Position numbers and translations under genes: made by a program
Shown here: piece after piece, positions 1-12,119 of the stretch
Layout of the letters: each line of letters begins with the position of its first letter
Numbering within the stretch: the first letter of the stretch is position 1
Origin: an uncultured Actinomycetota bacterium
Lineage (GTDB): Bacteria; Actinomycetota; Actinomycetes; Mycobacteriales; Jatrophihabitantaceae
Direction: 5' to 3'
Length of the DNA stretch: 64,000 nucleotides
NCBI GenBank assembly: GCA_963794885.1
Contig: CAWCFH010000008.1
Location: 169-64,168, forward strand
Notes under the pieces: generated by a model
Database searches by the model: none
What the model saw: the letters and a program-made list of their open reading frames with translations, nothing else
Told to the model about the DNA's origin: nothing

Positions 1-584
1 GGCCGGCTCGGCCACATGTTCGGCTCGGACAAGTTCGGCTACGTCCCCGACATGATCACGTGCGCGAAGGGCATGACCAGCGGCTACTCCCCCATCGGGG
101 CCTGCATCGTCAGCGACCGCATCGCCGAACCGTTCCGCCACGGCGACAACTTCGTTCGCGCACGGCTACACCTTCGGTGGCCATCCCGTTTCTGCCGCCG
201 TGGCGAACGCCAACCTCGACATCTTCGAGCGTGAGGGCCTCAACGAGCACGTCCTCGTCAACGAGGGCGCGTTCCGGGCGACGCTGGAGAAGCTCAACGA
301 CCTGCCGATCGTCGGCGACGTTCGCGGCGACGGGTATTTCTACGGGATCGAACTGGTCAAGGACAAGGCGACCAAGGAGACCTTCGACGAGGACGAGTCG
401 GAGCGGTTGCTGCGCGGTTTCCTGTCGAAGGCGCTGTTCAACGCCGGCCTGTACTGCCGCGCCGACGACCGTGGCGACCCGGTCGGTGCAACTCGCGCCA
501 CCACTGATCGTCGGGCAGAGCGAGTTCGACGAGATGGAACAGATCCTGCGGTCGGTGCTCACCGAGGCCTGGACACGCCTCTGA
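1..584 (+). pseudogene. class-III PLP aminotransferase (omega-amino acid/GABA type), C-terminal part; 5' end lies outside the window; frame broken twice as given
   Basis: ORF pieces 16-234, 200-601 and 60-584 join to 'MITCAKGMTSGYSPIGA..HGYTFGGHPVSAAVANANLDIFEREGL..VGDVRGDGYFYGIELVKD..VQLAPPLIVGQSEFDEMEQIL'. Frame switches are near 165 and 486. Confidence 0.8.
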
Positions 585-610
585 CCCGCAGCGACTTCTA
601 GAGTGCGAGG

Positions 611-1470
611 GTGACCTCTCCCGCCGAGCTGGCCGGCCGCGCGCACCGCGCCACCGAGTCGCTGCACTCGATGATCTACTTCTCCGAGCAGGCCGACGCC
701 GAACTCGTCGCGGCTGGCTTGCGCCCGGGCCGAATGTGTTACTTCGCCTCGCGTTCGGCACCGATGGGCGCAGTGTCGCCGGGTGTCACCGCGGCGACGT
801 TCGTCAACTTCAATCCGGATCTGATCGTCAAGTACATCCCGCGGGCATGGACGCTCGCGTCGATCGAGGACATCCTTGCCGCCCGGTTGCGTGGAGCCGA
901 CGTCACGTTGCGCACCTGCTCGGCGACGCGATCGACGCTCCCGAGGTCGCCGAGCTTGCCGAGCTCGCACGTGCCGCGACCACCGTGCTCACACCGGAGG
1001 CGCGCCCGCTGTATGCGGGCCACGCCGATCTGCCCTGGCCAGACGAACCACACCTCGTCCTTTGGCACGCCGTAACGTTGCTGCGTGAATCGCGTGGCCA
1101 CGGGCACACGATCGCGCTGGCCCATGCGGGGTTGACGGGGCTCGAATCGATCGTCACCCACACCGCAACCGGACGAGGCTTCACCGTCGAAGCGGCCAAG
1201 CATCTGCGCGGTTGGTCCGATGAACAGTGGCATGGTGCAGCCGCAGAATTGTGCCGGCGCGGGCTGATGGACGGCGACCAGCTGACAGCAGCTGGGACAA
1301 GACTGCGCGCCGACATCGAAGCAGAGACCGATGAGCTCGACACGCCGCCTTGGCAACACCTTGGTGATACCGGCACCGCGCGGTTGATCGAGCTTGGCAA
1401 GGCGCTGTCACGACGGATCACCGGGAACGGCGCCTTTCCGGCAACCGGCGTGTTCGCCGCGACGGGATAG
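611..1470 (+). pseudogene. conserved actinobacterial hypothetical protein (resembles what I remember as the SCO6745-like family); one frame break
   Basis: GTG start at 611. Pieces 611-1075 and 736-1470 join near 905 ('..AARLRGADVT|LAHLLGDAIDAPEV..'). Coding-like GC3. No catalytic motif recognised. Confidence 0.55.
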
Positions 1471-1484
1471 CGCCCGGAGGCTGA

Positions 1485-1547
1485 CGGACCGGTTCTGATA
1501 CCTCCGAACCGGTTCTTGGCGACGTTTCGCCATTCGGACCCGTTCTT
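1485..1547 (+). promoter_or_regulatory. three imperfect direct repeats G(G/A)ACC(G/C)GTTCT upstream of the metalloprotease gene; possible regulator binding sites
   Basis: 'cggaccggttct' at 1485-1496, 'cgaaccggttctt' at 1505-1517 and 'cggacccgttctt' at 1535-1547. Spacing is about 20 and 30 bp. They lie 110-170 bp upstream of the start at 1659. Confidence 0.35.
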
Positions 1548-1658
1548 CTGCCCATTCCGCGACCAATTCGCTCGCGTCGAACGTCGTCGTGTCTCAGCTT
1601 TGCAGCGATCCGCTCCGATCTCGGTGATAACTCATCGAACCTCTGGGGGGGTCCAGGA

Positions 1659-4600
1659 ATGAAGAACATCGTTGCGCTCACCGCCGCGACCACGCTGGCT
1701 GTGGCGCTGGTGCCGATCGCCGCGTCCGCGAAGCCTGTGCCGAAGGGCGCGGCACGGCCCACGGTCGCCGCGTCGCTGGACAAGAACTGCACGCTCTCGC
1801 CGTCGCTGACCCATCCGGGCGGTGACGAAGCGAGCTGCATCGCAGTTGGCGCGAAGCTGTCGTCTATCCCGCGCCTGGGCGGCAAGGCGATACTGACCGT
1901 CACGGTCAAGGCCGCGCGATCGGAGCCGACGACCCGCGTCTCGGTCGACCTCCGTCCACCTTCGTCTTCGCCGACGGCACTGTCACCCACCCGGCCATGA
2001 CCGGCCACGGCACGGTCGCGCGCGCCCAACTCGCGACCCTGAACATGGCCAAGGGACAGACGCGCACCTTGACCCGCGTGGTGAAGGCGGTCGGCTCAGG
2101 GTTCGGGGCGATCACCGCTTCGGCGGCGAACCGGCTGTCGGCCTCCCGCACCGACGGCGGGACGGACTCGGTCTTCGTCACGACCGGATCGAGCGCCATG
2201 AACACCTTCCGCGGCGGCGGCATCGACCAGAGTGCGGCACAGACGCACAGCACCGTGCGGTTGCCGCTACGCAGCGGTGGACCGGAGCGGGTCCAGTCGA
2301 CGCCGTTGCACACGGCGCCGGTCACCGTCGCCGGTGGCATCAAGCCGGCAGCGATCCACCCCCTCACCGCGGGTCAGGCCTGCGCCACGGGTACGTGGAA
2401 CTTCGTCGATCAGAACGGCGTCTCGCGCCCCGCCGCCAACACCCTGGTCGAGGTGCTCAACAGCTCGAACGCGCTGCAGTCCTACGCGGTGTCGGGTGGC
2501 GACGGCTCGTACAACATCTGCTGGCCAACGACCGCGTCGACGGTCTACGTCAAGTTCATCGAGTCGAACAACATCTGGCGGGTCACCGACAACAGCAACA
2601 ACGTCTACAGCTTCAGCACCGGGTTGGTGTCGGTTCCGGATGGCACGACGCACAACTTCGGCAACCTGTTTCCGGGTAGCTCGAGCTACTACCCCGGCCT
2701 GCACGCCTTCGACGATCGCCAACGACGAGTGGCAGTGGGTGCACCAGTACTTCGGCGGACAGTGCTGGAGCCCGTACCAGTCGTCGGGCTGCACGCAGTT
2801 GACCATCCACTGGCAGTCCGACTCGACGACCGGCACGTTCTGGAACACCTCCGGGGTGTACCTGCTGGCCGGCTCACCGGACACCGTGGACGAACCCGCC
2901 CACGAGATCGGGCACAACCTGATGTGGGAGCTGTACGGGCAGAACTTCCCGGCGACGACCAACTGCAACCCGCACTTCCTGTTCACCGCCAGCTCGACCA
3001 CCTGCGGGTTCACCGAAGGCTGGGCCGACTGGGTAGCCACCAGCGTCTACAACAACACGACCTGGACGTTCAACGGCGGCTCGACCACCAGCTTCGACAC
3101 CACGTGGGGCGACGGCCAGAACACCGGCGACCAGGTCGAGGGACGCATCGTGCAAGCGATGCGCAGCCTGACCGACGGCACGAAGGCACCGTGGGACAAC
3201 GACCCCGGTGAGGGTGCCGGAGTGCGCGACAACCGCAACTTCTTCGCCGTGCTCAACACCTACCGCCCGAACACGTTCGCTTCCTTCTGGAATGATCGTG
3301 CGCTGGCCGGCCAAGACGTGAGCCAGACCGCGTTGAGTGCGCTGTATCAGGGCACGATCGACTACGGCTTCCGCAACCCGCTGAGCGACTACGTCGCGAA
3401 GCACTTCCCGGCAGCGGTACCCGATCACAACTACAGCCACACCACGACCACCGGCTTCTGGTCGGTGGTGGCCGAGCAGCCTGATGCCGGCAGCGACACC
3501 GACCTGTCCGTGTTCACCGACTTCAACCAGACGTCGGTGCTCGCCTCGTCGTCCTTCGGCGGCACGACGACCGACTTCGTCGCGATCAACTCCAACAGCG
3601 GGCACCGTGCACTGCAGACCTACTACCCGCGCGTGCACCAGTTCGCGGGCACGGGTGGCTACGAGATCCAGGAAGCGCAGGGCTCGAACGCGCTTGTCGA
3701 CCGGTACCAGCACGTTCGGCTTCATCAGCGGGCAGCTGGTCCGTGTCTTCGACAGCTTCCAGAACGCCGGCGTTCCGGTGTTCTACCGCGCTGTCCCGGC
3801 CGCGGGCCAGGACGTGCAACTCGCCGTCGCGTCCGCTGATCTGAACGCAGCGTCGCGATCGGCGACGACGAGCAGCATCGACCCAGGGGTGTCCAACCCG
3901 GCAACCCTGACCTACACACCGACAGTCAGCGGTTGGCACGGACTGATCGTGCTCGACAACAACCGGACGGCCGGCAACGTCAGCGTGTACGCCGACACCA
4001 CGGCGCCGACGGGCACTGTCGACATCAACTCGGGCGCAGCCAGCACCACCAATCCGAACGTGGCGCTGACGCTGTCCGCAGCTGACACCCAGACAGGGGT
4101 CATGGCGATGCAGATCAGCACCGACGGCGTGTTCGACACCGAGCCGGTCGTGCCGTTCTCGACGTCGGGCACGGCGACCCTGCCGGCGCCGGACGGCACC
4201 AAGACGGTGTCGGTGCGGTTCGAGAACAACGCCGGCATGTGGTCGACGCCGGCGACGGACACGATCAACGTGGCCGCCTCGCCGAAGGTGACCGCGGTCT
4301 CGGCAGTGTCCGGACCGACCGGAGGCGGCAAGACGGTGACCATCACCGGAGCGCGTTTCACCGGTGCTACTGCCGTCAAGTTCGGCTCGACCGCAGCAAC
4401 AGGCGTCACCGTGGTTAGCGCAACGAAGATCACCGCTGTCTCACCGGCACACGCCGGTGGCACGGTAGATGTACACGTCACGACGCCTTACGGCACCAGC
4501 CATGCGTCGGCTGGCGACAAGTACACCTACCAAGCGGCACCCACGGTCACCGGCTTGTCACCGGCATCCGCCCCGCACGCCGGTGGCAAGACGATCACCG

Positions 4601-4794
4601 TCACCGGCACGCACTTCACCGGGGCCTCGGTGGTGAAGTTCGGGGCGAAGAACGTCACCACCTTCACCGTCGTTTCGGCGACGAAGATCACGGTGCACGC
4701 GCCGGCGCACGCGACCGGCACCGTGAACGTCCAGGTGAAGACGCCGAGCGGCACCAGCCCATCGGCAGCAGCGAACAGGTTCACCTTCACATAG
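1659..4794 (+). pseudogene. secreted multidomain zinc metalloprotease (HExxH) with C-terminal Ig-like and two IPT/TIG-like domains; about 1040 aa after repairing three frame breaks
   Basis: Signal peptide 'MKNIVALTAATTLAVALVPIAASA'. 'HEIGH' at 2901-2915 is followed by 'GFTEGWADW'. Tail repeats are 'VTAVSAVSGPTGGGKTVTITGARFTGATAVKFG' and 'VTGLSPASAPHAGGKTITVTGTHFTGASVVKFG'. Pieces 1659-2000, 1997-3211, 2232-3839 and 3484-4794 join near 1953, 2712 and 3695. Confidence 0.75.
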
Positions 4795-4813
4795 GCGGAC
4801 CTACCCAGTTGAT

Positions 4814-4856
4814 CAACAGGCGCGAACTGCCCTATCAAGGCGGTTCGCGCCTGTTG
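4814..4856. terminator. bidirectional stem-loop between the convergent metalloprotease and xdhC-like genes
   Basis: Perfect 14-bp arms 'caacaggcgcgaac' (4814-4827) and 'gttcgcgcctgttg' (4843-4856) with a 15-nt loop. Confidence 0.6.
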
Positions 4857-4873
4857 GTCAGTGCGGAAGGTTG

Positions 4874-5782
4874 TCAGTGCCGGTAGGCGGCCGGGTTGTC
4901 GCGGTAGGCATCACGGCAGCCGGTGCCGCAGAACCACACTCGTCCGGACGGCGTGTCGAGGTGCACCGAAGCCTCCACCGCCACGACCGTCATCGCGCAG
5001 ACCGGATCGATCGCGGTCTCCGGCGGCGCGCTCGCCACGTGCGGTTCAGCGGCCGCCCCCTCGACGGACCCGCGAAGCACGTCGACTATCTCAGCGAGGA
5101 TCGACAGTGCCACTTCCGGCGGCGTACGCGCACCGATGTCGAGGCCGGCCGGTGTGCGGACGCGTTTGCGGGAGTCGTCGTCGACCGCCAGCGACTCGAG
5201 CACCGCAGCCCCCCGCCGACGGCTCGCCACCAGCCCGATGTACGGAATCTCGCGAGCCAGTGCCAGCTCGAGCACCGGCACCTCGTCGTTGCCGTGCGAT
5301 GCAACCACCACCGCCTGCGCCCCGGCCGGCAGCGGATCGTCGACGGAGTGCAACGCACGAACGCTCTGGCCGAACATCCGGTCGGCGCGCAGCAGCGCCG
5401 TCGCGATCGGCGCCTCGCCGAACACGAGCACGGCCGGAAGCGGGACGGACGGCTCGAGGAAGATCTCGAGTGCGCCGCCGGACAGGCACGGGTTGTGCCT
5501 GCTGATCACACCCGGTGCGACGACGTCGTTCGGTGTCGGCGAGATCCGCAGCAGCCGCGCCTCGCCTGTCGCGAGCGCTTCGAGCGCCTCTGCCCGCACC
5601 GTCGACTCCGCGCAGTCGCCACCGACGAAACCATCGAGGCGGCCATCAGGATGGACGAGCGCCGCATCGCCCGCCTTGGCACTCGTCGGCCGCTCGGCTC
5701 GCACGACAGTCGCCCACACGAACGGCGTGTCCGCGGCGGTCAATTCCGCCGCTCGAGCCGCAAGGTCGACGCGCGAGGTCAT
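4874..5782 (-). CDS. XdhC/CoxI-family molybdoenzyme maturation protein with a C-terminal YHS/TRASH-type metal-binding domain
   Basis: N-terminus 'TPFVWATVVRAERPTSAKAGDAALVHPDGRLDGFVGGDCAE' is XdhC-like. The last ~48 aa, 'DPVCAMTVV..VWFCGTGCRDAYRDNPAAYRH' (about 4874-5020), match the YHS/TRASH pattern. The ATG overlaps the coxL stop (ATGA at 5780-5784). Confidence 0.8.
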   Translation of the reverse strand: MTSRVDLAARAAELTAADTPFVWATVVRAERPTSAKAGDAALVHPDGRLDGFVGGDCAESTVRAEALEALATGEARLLRISPTPNDVVAPGVISRHNPCLSGGALEIFLEPSVPLPAVLVFGEAPIATALLRADRMFGQSVRALHSVDDPLPAGAQAVVVASHGNDEVPVLELALAREIPYIGLVASRRRGAAVLESLAVDDDSRKRVRTPAGLDIGARTPPEVALSILAEIVDVLRGSVEGAAAEPHVASAPPETAIDPVCAMTVVAVEASVHLDTPSGRVWFCGTGCRDAYRDNPAAYRH

Positions 5783-8160
5783 CAGTCAGCGATCGCCAAA
5801 TCGGTTCGGAACGGACGGCCCTGGATGGTGCACCACACCTGCGCCGGGGTGAACGGCATGTCGGCGTGCCGCACGCCGTACGGCTTGAGCGCATCGAGAA
5901 CGGCGTTCACCACGGCCGCCGGCGAACCGACGGTGGCCGACTCCCCCACGCCCTTGACGCCGATCGGGTGATGCGGCGACGGCGTGACGGTCTCGCCCAG
6001 CTCCCACGACGGGCACTCCATCGCGGTCGGCAGCTGGTAGTCCATCAGCGAACCGCCGAGGCAGTTCCCGTCCTCGTCGAACGCGATCACCTCGGAGAGC
6101 GCCATCCCGATCCCGTCCGCCAGACCGCCATGGATCTGGCCTTCGACGATCATCGGGTTGATCCGCGGCCCGCAGTCGTCGACGGCGATGAAGCGACGCA
6201 CCTTCACCTCGCCGGTTGCGGCGTCCACGTCGACCACGCAGATGTAGGCCCCGAACGGGTAGGTGAGGTTCGGCGGGTTGTAGACACATGACGCGTCGAG
6301 GTGGCCCTCGACGCCTTCGGGCAGTTCGAGTGCACCGTGCGCAGCGAGAGCAACTTCCTGGATCGTCTTGGACGAACCGGGATCGCCCTTGACGGTGAAC
6401 GTCCCGTTGTCGAAGTCCAGGTCGTCCGGCGAGATCTCCAACATCGCCGCGGCAACGATCTTGGCCTTGTCGACGACACGCTTCGACGCCACCGCAACTG
6501 CGCCGCCGGACACCGGTGTTGACCGGCTGCCGTACGTGCCGAGGCCGAACGGCGTGTTGTCGGTGTCGCCGTGCACGACCTCGATGTCCTCCGACGGGAT
6601 GCCCGTCACATGCGACACGATCTGCGCGAAGGTCGTCTCGTGGCCCTGGCCCTGCGACTGGACGGATAGGCGCACCACGGCCTTCCCGGTCGGGTGCACT
6701 CTCACCTCGGCACCGTCGGCCATCCCGAGACCGAGGATGTCCATGTGCTTGCGCGGCCCGGCGCCCACCCCTTCGGTGAAGAACGAGACGCCGATACCCA
6801 TCAGCTCGCCACGCTCGCGCTTCTCGGCCTGCTCGCGACGCAGCTCGTCGTAGCCGGCCAGATCCATCGCGGTGCGCAACGCGCGTGGATAGTCGCCGGA
6901 GTCGTACTCCCAGCCGGTCGGTGTCGTGTACGGGAACTGATCCGGCTGGAGCAGGTTCATCATGCGCAGCTCGGCCGGATCCATGTCGAGTTCATGGGCT
7001 AGGCAGTCGACGATCCGCTCGACCGCGTACACCGCTTCGGTGATCCGGAACGAGCATGCGTACGCGACTCCACCCGGCGCCTTGTTCGTGTAGACGCCCT
7101 TCACGTTGCAGTGCGCAACCGGGTAGTCGTAACTGCCCGTGAAGATGTGGAAGAAGCCGGCCGGGAACTTCGTCGGCTGGGCGGTGTTGTTGAACGCTCC
7201 GTGGTCGGCGAGCACGTCCACCTTCAGCGCGAGGATCTTGCCCTCGCGCGTCGCCGCGATCGACGTCTTCATGTGATAGTCGCGCGCGAACGACGTCGAC
7301 ATCAGATTCTCTGAGCGATCCTCGACCCACTTCACCGGCCTGCCGGTGAGGATCGAACCTACGACCGAACAGACGTAGCCGGGATAGATGCCGACCTTGT
7401 TGCCGAACCCGCCACCGACGTCGGGGCTCAGCACGCGGATCTTGTGTTCGGGCAGTCCGGCGACGATTGCATAGAGCGTGCGGTGCGCATGCGGGGCCTG
7501 CGTGTTGCAGTACATGGTGAGCTTGCCGGTGACCTTGTCCATGTCCGCGATGGACCCGCACGTCTCCATCGGCGCAGGGTGCACCCGCGGGTACAGGATG
7601 TCCTCGGTGACGACGACCGGCGCGTCGGCGAAGGCCGCCTCGGTCGCGGCCGCGTCGCCGGCTTCCCAATCGAAGATGTGGTTGTCGGTCTTGCCCTCGA
7701 TGTCGTCGCGGATCACCGGCGCACCCGGGTCGAGTGCTTTCTTCGCGTCGATCACCGGCGGCAGCGGCTCGTAGTCGACCTCGATCAGTTCGAGCGCATC
7801 GCGCGCCGCGTACCGATCCTCGGCAACCACGAACGCGACCTCCTGACCGTGGAAGCGCACCTTGTCGGTCGCCAGAACGGCAACCACGTCGTGCGACAGC
7901 GACGGCATCCAGGCGAGCTTGAGCGTCTCCAGGATCGCGCCGGTGATCACGGCCTTGACCTTCGGGTGTGCCTCGGCGGCGGACGTGTCGATCGAGATGA
8001 TCTTCGCGTGGGCGTAGGGGCTGCGCAGCACCGCGCCGTGCAGCATCCCCGGCAGCACGATGTCGTCGATGTAATTGCCCTGGCCACGCAGGAACCGCGC
8101 GTCCTCTTTGCGGTGCCGCCGGCCGAACCCGACGGTCGACTCCTGCGTCGTCGCAGTCAT
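5782..8160 (-). CDS. coxL: aerobic carbon-monoxide dehydrogenase large subunit, form I (Mo-Cu) type
   Basis: 792 aa of the xanthine-dehydrogenase family. The form-I active-site signature 'AYACSFR' (AYXCSFR) is encoded at 7045-7065. RBS GGAGGAGG precedes the ATG at 8160. Confidence 0.9.
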   Translation of the reverse strand: MTATTQESTVGFGRRHRKEDARFLRGQGNYIDDIVLPGMLHGAVLRSPYAHAKIISIDTSAAEAHPKVKAVITGAILETLKLAWMPSLSHDVVAVLATDKVRFHGQEVAFVVAEDRYAARDALELIEVDYEPLPPVIDAKKALDPGAPVIRDDIEGKTDNHIFDWEAGDAAATEAAFADAPVVVTEDILYPRVHPAPMETCGSIADMDKVTGKLTMYCNTQAPHAHRTLYAIVAGLPEHKIRVLSPDVGGGFGNKVGIYPGYVCSVVGSILTGRPVKWVEDRSENLMSTSFARDYHMKTSIAATREGKILALKVDVLADHGAFNNTAQPTKFPAGFFHIFTGSYDYPVAHCNVKGVYTNKAPGGVAYACSFRITEAVYAVERIVDCLAHELDMDPAELRMMNLLQPDQFPYTTPTGWEYDSGDYPRALRTAMDLAGYDELRREQAEKRERGELMGIGVSFFTEGVGAGPRKHMDILGLGMADGAEVRVHPTGKAVVRLSVQSQGQGHETTFAQIVSHVTGIPSEDIEVVHGDTDNTPFGLGTYGSRSTPVSGGAVAVASKRVVDKAKIVAAAMLEISPDDLDFDNGTFTVKGDPGSSKTIQEVALAAHGALELPEGVEGHLDASCVYNPPNLTYPFGAYICVVDVDAATGEVKVRRFIAVDDCGPRINPMIVEGQIHGGLADGIGMALSEVIAFDEDGNCLGGSLMDYQLPTAMECPSWELGETVTPSPHHPIGVKGVGESATVGSPAAVVNAVLDALKPYGVRHADMPFTPAQVWCTIQGRPFRTDLAIAD

Positions 8161-8221
8161 GCGACCTCCTCCGTCGGCCGCACGAAAAGTGCTGCGCCCA
8201 TTGATGACCTCGCAAGCTCGG

Positions 8222-8704
<483 letters not shown>

Positions 8705-8706
8705 CG

Positions 8707-9582
8707 TCACTGCTCCTCTCCACGGCAACGGGCAATAGCGGTTCGCAGCGCGCGCTTGGTCAGTTCGCCGATGAGTGCGCGCTTGTAGTCGGCTGGGCCG
8801 CGCTGGTCGGTGTGCGGGCTGCACTCCTCGCTCGCGGTCCTGCCGGCGAGCTCGATCGTGTCGTCATCGGCGGTTCGTCCGCGGATCGCTTCCTCGGTCG
8901 CAGTGCCGACACTGTGCGGCGCACCCACGGCGGCTAGGGCGATGCCCACGTCGCTGATCGTGTTCCCATCGAGCCACACGATTGCTCCAGCGGCCGCGAC
9001 GGCGTAGTCACCGGTGCACCGGTGCACCTTCGTGTACGCACTTCCGGCGCCGGCGCGGATCGGGATCCTGATCTCGATCGCGATCTCCGCCGGGCCCAAT
9101 ACCGTCTCGAACGGACCGTCCTGCAGTTCGCGCACGGGGATCGACCGCTCGCCATCGCTGCCACGCACGATCAGTTCAGCCTTGAGCGCGGCGAGCACCG
9201 CGGACAAGTCCTCGGCGGGGTCGGCGTGACACAGCGATCCGCCGACGGTGCCCCGGTTGCGAACGATGGGATCGGCGATGACGCGTTCCGCATCGTGCAG
9301 GATCCGGAACTGCTCGCCCGCCACTGCCGAATCGAGCAGTTCGGCGTGGCGCACCATCGCGCCGATCCGCAGCACGTCACCGTCGATGCTGATGCGCTGC
9401 AAGTCGGTGAGGTCGTTGATGTCGATGAGCATCGACGGAGCTGCGAGCCGTAGCTTCATCATCGGCAGCAGGCTGTGCCCGCCCGCGATCAATCTCGCGT
9501 CCTCGCCGTGTTGTTCGAGCAGGCTGATGGCCTCCTCGACACTGCTCGCTCGTGCGTAGTCGAACGCGGCCGGAATTTGCAT
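8707..9582 (-). CDS. coxM: CO dehydrogenase medium subunit, FAD binding
   Basis: '[45 protein letters not shown]'. ATG at 9582 with a GGAAGG RBS. The M-S-L gene order is typical of form-I clusters. Confidence 0.88.
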   Translation of the reverse strand: MQIPAAFDYARASSVEEAISLLEQHGEDARLIAGGHSLLPMMKLRLAAPSMLIDINDLTDLQRISIDGDVLRIGAMVRHAELLDSAVAGEQFRILHDAERVIADPIVRNRGTVGGSLCHADPAEDLSAVLAALKAELIVRGSDGERSIPVRELQDGPFETVLGPAEIAIEIRIPIRAGAGSAYTKVHRCTGDYAVAAAGAIVWLDGNTISDVGIALAAVGAPHSVGTATEEAIRGRTADDDTIELAGRTASEECSPHTDQRGPADYKRALIGELTKRALRTAIARCRGEEQ

Positions 9583-9655
9583 GGGCGCCTTCCTCGTCGA
9601 GAACAGCACATCGGGTTGACGTGACCATACGAGCCTTTGTGAAGAAATGGCAGAG

Positions 9656-10225
9656 CTACTTGACGATGCCGCCCCATACCGCGTGCGAACCCGAGTCGCC
9701 GATTCGGTAGAGCTGCCAGACAGTCACCGCAGATACGGCAACAGCGACAACAGCGACAAGAATTGAGGCCCATTGCGGCAGTGTCTTCGCCGCGGCTTCG
9801 GTGCGGGTCGCGGTGCCGGTGCCATCGTCCGACGTTGTACCGGCCGACGCACGGTCGGCGGGTGCGGTCACCGGGCGAAGATCCATGACGCGTGTGCGAC
9901 CGAGCCACCACACGCCGGCCGAGACGACGAACAGTCCGATCACGAAGTACAGCAGGGTGCCGCCGAGATTCGCATGCTTGTCGATCGCCGGGTTGTCGCC
10001 CAGCTGTGCCCTGAGGTGATCTCTGAGCCACTTGCCGGCATGGGTGGTGATGGGTACGAAAACGAGCGCGACGAGGCACGTGAGCGGGCTGATGAATCCG
10101 AGCTTGGCTCGTGCGGCGGGCCACACGGCGCACAAGACGGTGAACAGTGCGCCGAGCGGGACGAGAACGATCACGACGTGGATCAACAAGATGTGCGCGG
10201 GCAGGCCGTTGATGACGGTGGGCAC
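9656..10225 (-). CDS. DUF2231-like integral membrane protein
   Basis: 189 aa with four or five hydrophobic helices ('LLIHVVIVLVPLGALFTVLCAVW..'). GTG start. Co-directional with coxM and 73 nt upstream of it. Confidence 0.6.
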   Translation of the reverse strand: MPTVINGLPAHILLIHVVIVLVPLGALFTVLCAVWPAARAKLGFISPLTCLVALVFVPITTHAGKWLRDHLRAQLGDNPAIDKHANLGGTLLYFVIGLFVVSAGVWWLGRTRVMDLRPVTAPADRASAGTTSDDGTGTATRTEAAAKTLPQWASILVAVVAVAVSAVTVWQLYRIGDSGSHAVWGGIVK

Positions 10226-10237
10226 TCGGGGATCCCC

Positions 10238-10756
10238 TCAGGAGTCGTGGGTCAGTCCGGCACGGACATGCTCGAAGATCAGATTCGTCTCAGTGAGTGC
10301 TACGTCCGGGTTGCCGCTCAGGTTCACCACGACGAAGTCGCGCAGGTTCTCGGTGCTCGTGGCGGCGATGTGCACGAGGAAGTCGTTCGCCCCGCCGAGG
10401 AAGAACACGTTGATCACCTCGGGCAGCCTGGCGATCTTGGCCATGAAGCCGGGGATGTGCCCGCGCGCGTGCGATTGCAGCCGGACGGCGATCATCGCCT
10501 GCAGCGGCCGGCCGAGCACCGCTGGGTCGATGTCGGCGTGATAGCCGCGGATCGCGCCACGCTCGCGCAGCGCCCGCACGCGGCCGAGGCAGGTGGACGG
10601 CGCGATGCCGACGAGGGCCGCGAGCGCGTTGTTGGGGATCCGGGCATCGGTGGCCAGCGCGCGCAGGATGCGCCGGTCGATCGGGTCCAGCGCGGGCAGA
10701 ACATCCTTCGGGGCGGGTGCGGCAGGCGCCGGTCCCGCAGAATTTTCCGCTGCCAT
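10238..10756 (-). CDS. Lrp/AsnC-family transcriptional regulator (AldR-like)
   Basis: HTH 'IDRRILRALATDARIPNNALAALVGIAPSTCLGRVRALRERGAI' plus a RAM domain. Divergent from ald. Confidence 0.88.
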   Translation of the reverse strand: MAAENSAGPAPAAPAPKDVLPALDPIDRRILRALATDARIPNNALAALVGIAPSTCLGRVRALRERGAIRGYHADIDPAVLGRPLQAMIAVRLQSHARGHIPGFMAKIARLPEVINVFFLGGANDFLVHIAATSTENLRDFVVVNLSGNPDVALTETNLIFEHVRAGLTHDS

Positions 10757-10860
10757 ATCGTCAGATTAGCGAATCATCGTCATACATCTGGCGCTCGGAC
10801 GACCGGATGTTCCAGAATCGCGGGAATACATCTTCGTTTCGACAGTGGAGGCAGCACGCC

Positions 10861-11976
10861 ATGAAGGTCGGCATCCCGCGCGAGGTCAAGAACCACGAGT
10901 ACCGGGTCGCCATCACCCCGTCGGGCGTCCATGAGCTCGTCAGCAACGGGCACGAGGTATTCGTCGAGCGCGACGCCGGGATCGGCTCGTCCATCCCGAA
11001 CGACGACTTCGTTGCGGCCGGCGCGACGATTCTCGACACCGCCGACGACGTCTGGGCCACCGGCGACATGGTGCTCAAGGTCAAGGAGCCCGTCGCCGAG
11101 GAGTACCACCGGATGCGCAAGGACCAGGTGCTGTTCACCTACTTGCATCTGGCGGCCGACAAGCCCTGCACCGATGCGCTGCTCGCCGCCGGCACCACCG
11201 GCATCGCGTACGAGACCGTGCAACTGCCCGACGGTTCGCTGCCGCTGCTGGCGCCGATGTCGGAGGTGGCCGGCCGGCTCGCCCCGCAGGTCGGGTCGTA
11301 CCACCTCATGCGCCAGGGCGGTGGGCGCGGCACGTTGATGGGCGGCGTCCCCGGCGTGTACGCAGCGAAGGTGGTGGTCATCGGCGCAGGCGTCTCCGGC
11401 CAGAACGCCGCGGCGATCGCACTCGGCATGCAGGCCGAGGTGCTGCTGCTCGACCGCAACGTCGCCCGGCTGCGCCAGATGGACGCCATCTACCAGGGCC
11501 ACTGCCAGACGATCGCGTCCAATGCCTACGAGGTCGAGCGTGCGGTGCTCGACGCCGATCTGGTCATCGGCGCAGTGCTCGTCGCCGGCGCGAAGGCGCC
11601 CAAGATCGTGAGCAACGAGCTCGTCTCGCGGATGAAGCCCGGCTCGGTGCTCGTCGACATCTCCATCGACCAAGGCGGCTGCTTCGAGGACTCCCGTCCC
11701 ACCACGCACGCCGAACCGACGTTCAAGGTGCACGACTCGGTCTTCTACTGCGTGGCCAACATGCCCGGTGCCGTGCCGCACACGTCGACCTACGCGCTGA
11801 CCAACGTGACGCTGCCCTACGCGGTCGAGCTGGCCAACCGTGGCTGGCGCGACGCGCTGCGCCGCGACCACGCGCTCGCGCTGGGCCTCAACACCCACGA
11901 GGGGCAACTCACCAACGGCCCCGTCGGCGAGGCCCACGGCTACGACGCTGTCGCGTTGGAAGATGTACTGGCCTGA
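10861..11976 (+). CDS. ald: alanine dehydrogenase
   Basis: '[46 protein letters not shown]'. 371 aa, full length. Confidence 0.93.
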   Translation: MKVGIPREVKNHEYRVAITPSGVHELVSNGHEVFVERDAGIGSSIPNDDFVAAGATILDTADDVWATGDMVLKVKEPVAEEYHRMRKDQVLFTYLHLAADKPCTDALLAAGTTGIAYETVQLPDGSLPLLAPMSEVAGRLAPQVGSYHLMRQGGGRGTLMGGVPGVYAAKVVVIGAGVSGQNAAAIALGMQAEVLLLDRNVARLRQMDAIYQGHCQTIASNAYEVERAVLDADLVIGAVLVAGAKAPKIVSNELVSRMKPGSVLVDISIDQGGCFEDSRPTTHAEPTFKVHDSVFYCVANMPGAVPHTSTYALTNVTLPYAVELANRGWRDALRRDHALALGLNTHEGQLTNGPVGEAHGYDAVALEDVLA

Positions 11977-12119
11977 CAAAAGCAACCCCGACGCGATGAG
12001 CGCTCGCGCGAAGAGCTCGCCGTCCGCGCGAGCGGAGCGAGCTTGCGGTGTCGGTCGCAGGATCCCCCCGAGCGAAGCGAGTGGGGGGAGGCAAGATCGA
12101 CTATCGGCCAGGAGTGGAC

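Noticed and set aside
11977-12119. GC-rich intergenic stretch after ald, with 'gagcg(g/a)agcgag' motifs and short hairpins ('cccccc..gggggg', 'cgctcgcgcg..cgcgcgagcg').
   Set aside because: It probably contains the ald terminator. The stems are short and irregular and there is no recognisable riboswitch, tRNA or REP structure, so I could not support a specific call.
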